NCBI GenBank assembly: GCA_012841225.1
Contig: DUVD01000059.1
Location: 1 to 39,805 of the forward strand
Reading direction: 5' to 3'
Length of the DNA stretch: 39,805 nt
Origin: Fibrobacter sp.
GTDB taxonomy: Bacteria > Fibrobacterota > Fibrobacteria > Fibrobacterales > Fibrobacteraceae
Positions 34,441 to 39,805 of this stretch are shown one piece after another; position 1 is the first letter of the stretch, and each line of letters opens with the position of its first letter. Under the pieces are notes generated by a model, which saw only the letters and a list, made by a program, of their open reading frames with translations, ran no database searches and was not told where the DNA came from. The translations under genes were made by a program, and so were the position numbers.

Positions 34441-36330
34441 ATGGCCACAGAAAAAATGGAATTCCAAACAGAAGTACGCGATCTATTAAACTTAATGATC
34501 CATTCTTTATATAGCAATAAAGAGATTTTTATACGCGAACTGGTTTCCAACGCTGCAGACGCTTTAGATAAGCGCCGCTTTTTATCCGTATCCGACGCGG
34601 CATTGCTTCCCGTAGGTACCACATTAAAAATAGATATTGCCGTTAATACAGAAGGCAAACTTATCACCATTGAAGATAACGGCATCGGTATGAACCGAGA
34701 AGAATTAATCAGCAACCTAGGTACAATTGCACGTTCTGGAACTAAGCACTTCTTAAAGTCTCTTAAAGAAAACGAGCAAGCGAACATCGATTTGATTGGC
34801 CAATTTGGCGTCGGTTTTTATTCTGCCTTTATGGTAGCCGAAAAAGTCGAAGTCTTAACGATGAAAGCAGGAGAAACTCAAGGTTACCTCTGGACTTCTG
34901 CAGGCACTGGCGAATTTGAAATCACAGAAGCGCCAAAGCAAGAACCCGGCACTAAAATCACCATCTATTTAAAAGATGACGAAGAAAGCCTTGATTTTGC
35001 AAATGAATGGCAAATTAAAAACATAATCCAAAAGTATAGCGAATTTATTTCTTATGCTATTTACTTCCATCCAGAACCCACTAAAAATGACAAAGGCGAA
35101 ATAGAAACGCAAGAGCCCAAACGCCTTAACGATAAGCCCGCCTTATGGCGTCAAAGTGAAAAGGAAGTCACACAAGATCAGTACAAAGAATTCTACAACG
35201 TCGTCGCTCACGAAGGCACAGAACCTCTTGCTTGGAGCCACTCCCACGCAGAAGGGTCAATGGAATTTTGGAGTCTCGTTTACATTCCTGCTAAAGCGCC
35301 GTTCAATGTGTGGAACAACGAACGCTCCCATGGTCTTAAATTATATGTAAAGAAAATCTTTATTATGGACGACTGCAAAGAGCTGCTACCTACATGGCTC
35401 CGCTTTGTAAGAGGTGTTGTCGACTCCGAGGATCTTCCTTTAAACGTGAGCCGCGAAATTTTACAGTCCAATAAAATCATCACTAACATTCGCAAGCATG
35501 TTATAAAAAAAGTACTTGATTCTTTACTGCAAATGGCCGATAAAGAAGCCGACAAGTACAACGATTGGTGGCGCGAACTCGGTGCGATTTTAAAAGAAGG
35601 CTTCCACATGAACTGGGAGCACCTCGATGAACTTAAAAAACTACTCCGCTTTCGTACGACTAAAACCGAAGGTAATTCTTTGGCTAGTTTAACAGAATAT
35701 ATTTCTAGAATGCCCGAAACCCAAAAAGAAATTTATTACTTAATTGGCGATCACAAAGAAGGCATTGAATCAAACCCTCTATTAGAGGCTTTCCGTAGTA
35801 AAGGATTTGAAGTCCTCTTAATGACAGATCCTATTGATGAATTCATGATGGGTTCTCTAACGGAATTTGGAGAAAAAAAGTTTCACGATGTTAGCCGTGG
35901 CGACGTCGATTTTGATAAAACAGAAGAAGAGAAGAAAGCAGAAGAAGCTTCTAAATCTGAATTCAAGGGTTTGTTTGACGCGTTACAAAAGAGTCTTGAT
36001 GCACACATCAAAGAGGTGCGTGTATCGAGCCGGCTCAAAGAAAGTCCTTGCTGCTTAGTCACAAGCGAAGACGTGATGAGCTCTAGAATGGAGCGAATGA
36101 TGGAAGCCATGGGACAAGGAAAAATGGAAAAGTCTAAGCGCATTTTAGAAATCAATCCATCTCATCCTATTTCGCAAATGCTCAAGGCTAAAGTGGAAAA
36201 CTCGGAAGATCTCGAAGATTGGCCAAAAGCGCTCTACGGTCAAGCCTTACTCGCCGAGGGGTCTCCTCTTCCTAATCCTAGTGAATACGTACAAGCGATT
36301 AACAAATTGCTAACACGCGCCGCTAAATAA
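34441..36330 (+). CDS. htpG: Molecular chaperone HtpG (Hsp90)
   Basis: FQTEVRDLLNLMIHSLYSNKEIFIRELVSNAADALDK and GQFGVGFYSAF. The ATG at 34441 is preceded by GGAGA with a 5-nt spacer. The track start at 34390 is a TTG extension. Confidence 0.95.
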   Translation: MATEKMEFQTEVRDLLNLMIHSLYSNKEIFIRELVSNAADALDKRRFLSVSDAALLPVGTTLKIDIAVNTEGKLITIEDNGIGMNREELISNLGTIARSGTKHFLKSLKENEQANIDLIGQFGVGFYSAFMVAEKVEVLTMKAGETQGYLWTSAGTGEFEITEAPKQEPGTKITIYLKDDEESLDFANEWQIKNIIQKYSEFISYAIYFHPEPTKNDKGEIETQEPKRLNDKPALWRQSEKEVTQDQYKEFYNVVAHEGTEPLAWSHSHAEGSMEFWSLVYIPAKAPFNVWNNERSHGLKLYVKKIFIMDDCKELLPTWLRFVRGVVDSEDLPLNVSREILQSNKIITNIRKHVIKKVLDSLLQMADKEADKYNDWWRELGAILKEGFHMNWEHLDELKKLLRFRTTKTEGNSLASLTEYISRMPETQKEIYYLIGDHKEGIESNPLLEAFRSKGFEVLLMTDPIDEFMMGSLTEFGEKKFHDVSRGDVDFDKTEEEKKAEEASKSEFKGLFDALQKSLDAHIKEVRVSSRLKESPCCLVTSEDVMSSRMERMMEAMGQGKMEKSKRILEINPSHPISQMLKAKVENSEDLEDWPKALYGQALLAEGSPLPNPSEYVQAINKLLTRAAK

Positions 36331-36354
36331 GCTTAAATCGATTTATAAAATAAG

Positions 36355-36381
36355 GAGACTCATTTAGAGTCTCTTTTTTTA
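36355..36381 (+). terminator. Intrinsic terminator after htpG
   Basis: GAGACTC-ATTTA-GAGTCTC hairpin followed by T7. Confidence 0.7.
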
Positions 36382-36425
36382 TTAAATTTATTGCAAATTT
36401 TCCTTTATTTATTGAGATTCAAAAA

Positions 36426-37574
36426 ATGCTTCTTCAATGGTTATATCATATTACCGGAATGGACTTGTTTGATGGACGTTTGTTTCGAGCTGGTTTAGCG
36501 GCTCTTTTTTCCATTATTTTAGTTATCACTTTAATGCCTAAGTATATTCGCCTATTACAAGGCCTCGACGCCACTTCCGATTTAGATAAAGATGGTAAAA
36601 GTAAATCGCCCCCTATTATGGGTGGTGCCTTGCTTGTACTAGTAGTTGGCTTTGTTTCTCTGGTCACTTGCAAAATGAATGGCTACACTATTTCAACACT
36701 TGTTATTTTGTTGTTGTTTTCTTCAGTGGGCGCTATCGATGATATCGCTAAAATTCGTGCCAAGCGATTAATTCTACAGGGCAAGTTAAAAGCAGCCGAT
36801 TACATGGATAAAGCAGATGGCTTATCGAGCGCCCTACGCCTTGGCTTGTATTTTCTTTTTAGTTTAATTGTAGCCATTTTTTGTTATAAATTTATTCCTG
36901 ATTTACGTGGTAATCTAACTGTACCTTTTTTCCCTATTTCTGTACTTCAAATTCAACTCCCCAACTGGGCGTTCATCGGTTTTATGACTTTTGTTATTGC
37001 CGCGACGGCAAACGGGACAAACTTTACAGACGGTCTAGACAGCCTTGTTTCTGTGCCTATTCTAACGAGCATGCTTTTTGTAGGACTAGTCGCTTATGTG
37101 AGCGGCAACTTTATTTTTAGTTCTTACTTACACGTTCCTTACCTACCAGGTTGCGACGAACTTTTTATTATGGCGATGTCTATTGCCGGCGCTTTACTCG
37201 CTTACCTTTGGTTTAATAGTCCACCCGCAGAAATTTACATGGGAGACGCTGGTTCGGTAGGGCTTGGAGCGACTATCGGCATTATGTTTATTTTAGTTCA
37301 AGCTGGACTTTTCTTGCCCATTATAGGCATTATTATTATTGCAGAAGCTTTTTCTGTGATTTTTCAAATTAGCTGGTTTAAATTCACTAAAAAAACAACA
37401 GGGACTGGCAAGCGCCTGTTTTTATGCGCCCCTTTGCACCATCACTATCAAAAAAAATGGGAGGGTAAGTTTGCTTCTAAATCTCTTCTCAATTCTAAAA
37501 TCGCCTGGAGAATGCATTTGATTTCGATCTTTGCGCTAATTGTTGGCATGGTTATATTTTTCGGCGTTAGGTAA
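36426..37574 (+). CDS. mraY: Phospho-N-acetylmuramoyl-pentapeptide transferase (divergent), located outside the dcw cluster
   Basis: About 10 TM segments and the IDD, NGTNFTDGLD, MGDAGSVGLG and APLHHHY motifs, which correspond to MraY catalytic signatures. Confidence 0.85.
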   Translation: MLLQWLYHITGMDLFDGRLFRAGLAALFSIILVITLMPKYIRLLQGLDATSDLDKDGKSKSPPIMGGALLVLVVGFVSLVTCKMNGYTISTLVILLLFSSVGAIDDIAKIRAKRLILQGKLKAADYMDKADGLSSALRLGLYFLFSLIVAIFCYKFIPDLRGNLTVPFFPISVLQIQLPNWAFIGFMTFVIAATANGTNFTDGLDSLVSVPILTSMLFVGLVAYVSGNFIFSSYLHVPYLPGCDELFIMAMSIAGALLAYLWFNSPPAEIYMGDAGSVGLGATIGIMFILVQAGLFLPIIGIIIIAEAFSVIFQISWFKFTKKTTGTGKRLFLCAPLHHHYQKKWEGKFASKSLLNSKIAWRMHLISIFALIVGMVIFFGVR

Positions 37575-37578
37575 AATA

Positions 37579-38910
37579 ATGGATTTTAAAAACACACTCT
37601 ATTCTTACGGGCAAGATCATCTTTTAGAAAACTGGAACAACTTGTCAGAAGAACAACAACTGACCCTCAAAAGAGATGTTGAATCTCAAGATTTTAAACT
37701 ACTGCAACGTTTGTTTCAAGAGCACTCTTCTAAGCCATCTACTTCTACTGAAGATGAAATTCTTCCTCTCACATTTGATTTAGCCGAAAATAATATTCGC
37801 CATTCGATGTGGGAAGAAACAGGCTTTTTACTTTTAGAGAAAGGTCAAGTGGCTGCTTTTTTAGTTGCTGGCGGCCAAGGTTCTCGCTTAGGCTTTGAAG
37901 GGCCTAAAGGTGCATTTAATATTGGGCTACCCAGTGGAAAAAGCCTTTTTCAAATTCAAGCAGAACGAATTTTAAACCTCTCTAATAAAGCAGGGCATCC
38001 AATTCCTTGGTGCATTATGACAAGTCCTCTAAATCACCAAGAGACTCTTACTCATTTTGAAGAGCATCAATTTTTTGGGCTTCCACGCGAATACATTCGA
38101 TTCTTTTCTCAAGGAACAATGTGCGCCCTTGATTCGAACGGCAAAGCAATTAAGAGTTCTCCGGAGCACTTAGCATTGGTTCCTGATGGCAATGGTGGCT
38201 GCTTTCGAGCCCTCGCCCAAAGTGGCACCCTCGCTTGGTTAATAGAAAAGGGCGTCCGATTCGTGTTTTTATATAGCGTAGACAACGTCTTAGTTCGCAT
38301 TGCCGATCCAGCCTTTGTTGGCGCATTAGCAAGTGATGGACGGGCTTTATCCTCTTCAAAAGTACTCCGTAAGAAAAATGCTCAAGAAAAGGTCGGCGTC
38401 TTTGCTTCCAAAAACAAATTGCCTGCGGTTATTGAATACAGCGACTTACCAGAAGCCCTTCGCTTAGAAACTTACCCAGACGGTGCACCTCTTTTTGACG
38501 CCGCAAATATTGCCATTCATTTGTTTAGAACAGAAGCCTTAAAAAGATTGCAAAGCACTCCCCTTCCCTGGCACTCCGCTAAAAAAACGGTTTCTGAAGT
38601 CGAAAACGCATGGAAATTTGAACAATTCTTATTTGATGCATTTCCATTGCTAGGCTCAATGACATTGTTTGGCGTTTCTAGAGAAGATGAATTTGCTCCA
38701 GTCAAAAACGCCGAGGGCGATGATTCTCCAAAATCAGCACGTCAAATGCTCGGGTCGTTACATAAATATTGGCTAGAACGCGCTGGCGTAAAAACGGATC
38801 CTAGAAAACTGTATGAGATTTCGCCTACTTTATCTTACGCTGGTGAGTCTTTATCGCAACTTGTTTTTGATAGGGAGCTTGGCAAAAATATTTTAGCTTT
38901 TGACCCTTAA
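37579..38910 (+). CDS. UDP-N-acetylglucosamine (hexosamine) pyrophosphorylase, eukaryotic UAP1/AGX1-type (UDPGP family)
   Basis: LVAGGQGSRLGFEGPKGAFNIGLPSGKSLFQIQAERI closely matches the UAP1/AGX1 signature LAGGQGTRLG..PKG...GLPS.K.LFQ.QAERI. The ATG at 37579 is 4 nt after the mraY stop. The track start is an upstream extension. Confidence 0.85.
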   Translation: MDFKNTLYSYGQDHLLENWNNLSEEQQLTLKRDVESQDFKLLQRLFQEHSSKPSTSTEDEILPLTFDLAENNIRHSMWEETGFLLLEKGQVAAFLVAGGQGSRLGFEGPKGAFNIGLPSGKSLFQIQAERILNLSNKAGHPIPWCIMTSPLNHQETLTHFEEHQFFGLPREYIRFFSQGTMCALDSNGKAIKSSPEHLALVPDGNGGCFRALAQSGTLAWLIEKGVRFVFLYSVDNVLVRIADPAFVGALASDGRALSSSKVLRKKNAQEKVGVFASKNKLPAVIEYSDLPEALRLETYPDGAPLFDAANIAIHLFRTEALKRLQSTPLPWHSAKKTVSEVENAWKFEQFLFDAFPLLGSMTLFGVSREDEFAPVKNAEGDDSPKSARQMLGSLHKYWLERAGVKTDPRKLYEISPTLSYAGESLSQLVFDRELGKNILAFDP

Positions 38911-38924
38911 CTTTTACGTTTATT

Positions 38925-39761
38925 ATGCAAAAATGGTTTTATCATCTTGTCTTCTTTCAAATTAAAAATCTTCCTCTGTTTTTTTTTGAGCTTTTATTTG
39001 TCATTATTTATCCGATATACAAAAAATCTCATAAACATAAAGCTTGGGGACGTGTAAAGAGATTATTAGAGGAAACAAAACTAGACTCAAAAACCACACC
39101 AAAAGCAGTTTTTTACAGCCTCTACAAAAATGCGCTTGACTCGTTTCGGGTTTTAAAAAACGACAAAAAAACAGTAAGAAAAATAACCTTTGAAAATGAA
39201 TATCTCATTCTAAATACCATAACCGATAAAACCCCCATAGTCGCTATAAGCATTCACCAAGGGCCGTTTGAAATTCTTCACCGAAGTCTATGCCGCTACC
39301 ACAAGAATGTTTTTCTTTTAACCAATCCTTTTCCAAACACTAACTTAACCCACGCCCTGCATGAGATTCGGCAACACCCTCATTTATTTGAACACTCAAC
39401 AGAAGAAGTCGGTAGCGTCTTGAAAAGAACCATTCGCGAAAAGGGAATTCTAGCCTTGCTTATCGACCAGGCAAAAAATGGTAAGGGTAATAAAGTCCAA
39501 TTATGGGACAAAAGCTTCTTTCTGTATTTGAAAGTCCCTTTAAAAGCAAATCAACTAGGCGCGGCCATTATAACATTCAGAACATTCACCACAAAAACGG
39601 GAATCATAGTTCGTTTTGAAAAACTGTATCCGCCCAAAACCTCTGAAGACTTAATTAAAAAAAGCATCGCAAGAGAAGTGGAGCATTGGATCGAAGAGCA
39701 CCCGGAACAATGGACTTGGAACTATCACAAAAATTTTAAGGTAGGTGAAAATGCCCATTAA
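38925..39761 (+). CDS. Lipid A biosynthesis (Kdo)2-lipid IVA acyltransferase family protein (LpxL/HtrB-like)
   Basis: N-terminal TM, an HQGPFE (HX4E) acyltransferase motif, and a C-terminal WTWNYHKNFK resembling the family's conserved W..W...R.K end. Confidence 0.65.
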   Translation: MQKWFYHLVFFQIKNLPLFFFELLFVIIYPIYKKSHKHKAWGRVKRLLEETKLDSKTTPKAVFYSLYKNALDSFRVLKNDKKTVRKITFENEYLILNTITDKTPIVAISIHQGPFEILHRSLCRYHKNVFLLTNPFPNTNLTHALHEIRQHPHLFEHSTEEVGSVLKRTIREKGILALLIDQAKNGKGNKVQLWDKSFFLYLKVPLKANQLGAAIITFRTFTTKTGIIVRFEKLYPPKTSEDLIKKSIAREVEHWIEEHPEQWTWNYHKNFKVGENAH

Positions 39762-39805
39762 TGAAGAAGAAGAAGAAATCCAATGGCAGTGGATGGAGAA
39801 AAACC
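39751..39805 (+). CDS. Start of a further ORF (MPINEEEEEIQWQWMEKN...), truncated by the window edge
   Basis: The ATG at 39751 is preceded by AGGTGA and overlaps the upstream stop by 11 nt. Only 18 codons are visible. Confidence 0.3.
   Translation, partial: MPINEEEEEIQWQWMEKN

Noticed and set aside
5463-35609. Long ORFs antisense to or overlapping the called genes: 5463-5834, 7534-7935, 7708-7953, 8796-9245, 12789-13139, 16641-16958, 21306-21671, 27019-27522, 34425-34787 and 35280-35609.
   Set aside because: Each lies wholly or largely inside a gene with strong family motifs, mostly on the opposite strand. They have low-complexity or odd composition (Ser/Arg/Pro-rich), no SD sequences and no recognisable motifs. 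This is typical of shadow ORFs.
1-39805. I searched for CRISPR arrays, transposases, integrases, phage genes, toxin-antitoxin pairs and known defence-system components.
   Set aside because: I saw no direct-repeat/spacer array, no recombinase-like or nuclease/ATPase-type ORFs, and no non-coding gap longer than about 260 nt. The window is a housekeeping chromosomal region plus one glycan cluster.

Overview
This is a gene-dense chromosomal window from an AT-rich bacterium (roughly 40% G+C by eye, not computed). The organism is diderm, judging from an LpxL-family acyltransferase, a WzxE-like flippase and the FtsQ/A/Z genes. Almost everything is housekeeping.

Left to right:
- a 5'-partial secreted protein
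- hemW
- a membrane class III nucleotidyl cyclase
- tRNA-Gly(GCC)
- nrdDG (anaerobic ribonucleotide reductase) with NrdR-box-like sites
- a KefF/KefG-like flavoprotein
- a 13.5 kb division/cell-wall (dcw) cluster on the minus strand: mraZ-rsmH-ftsL-ftsI-murE-murF-ftsW-murG-murC-ftsQ-ftsA-ftsZ
- hisC
- three orphan genes and a Mn-type SOD
- a 6 kb surface-glycan cluster: two FdtA-like ketoisomerases, a FemAB/GNAT-like acyltransferase, a DegT-family aminotransferase, a WzxE-like flippase and two GT2 genes
- a fused metX-metW, yicC, folA and htpG
- an mraY / eukaryote-type UDP-GlcNAc pyrophosphorylase / lpxL-like operon

I found no CRISPR array, transposase, integrase, recognisable defence system or large unexplained non-coding block, so I do not claim a novel system.

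The points most worth a second look:
- The glycan cluster has a duplicated isomerase in which one copy has H-A-F instead of H-A-H. It also has a Fem-like acyltransferase where an N-acetyltransferase is expected.
- The dcw cluster lacks mraY, murD, murB and ddl. mraY sits 15 kb away and is coupled to a UAP1-like enzyme.
- FtsI has a PASTA-like tail.
- There are phased GTGG(G) repeats in the mraZ promoter.
- A pair of paralogous membrane-anchored orphans sits next to the SOD operon.

The ORF track uses TTG/GTG starts and over-extends several N-termini. I give corrected starts where the sequence supports them. All family calls rest on motif recognition and memory, not database searches.
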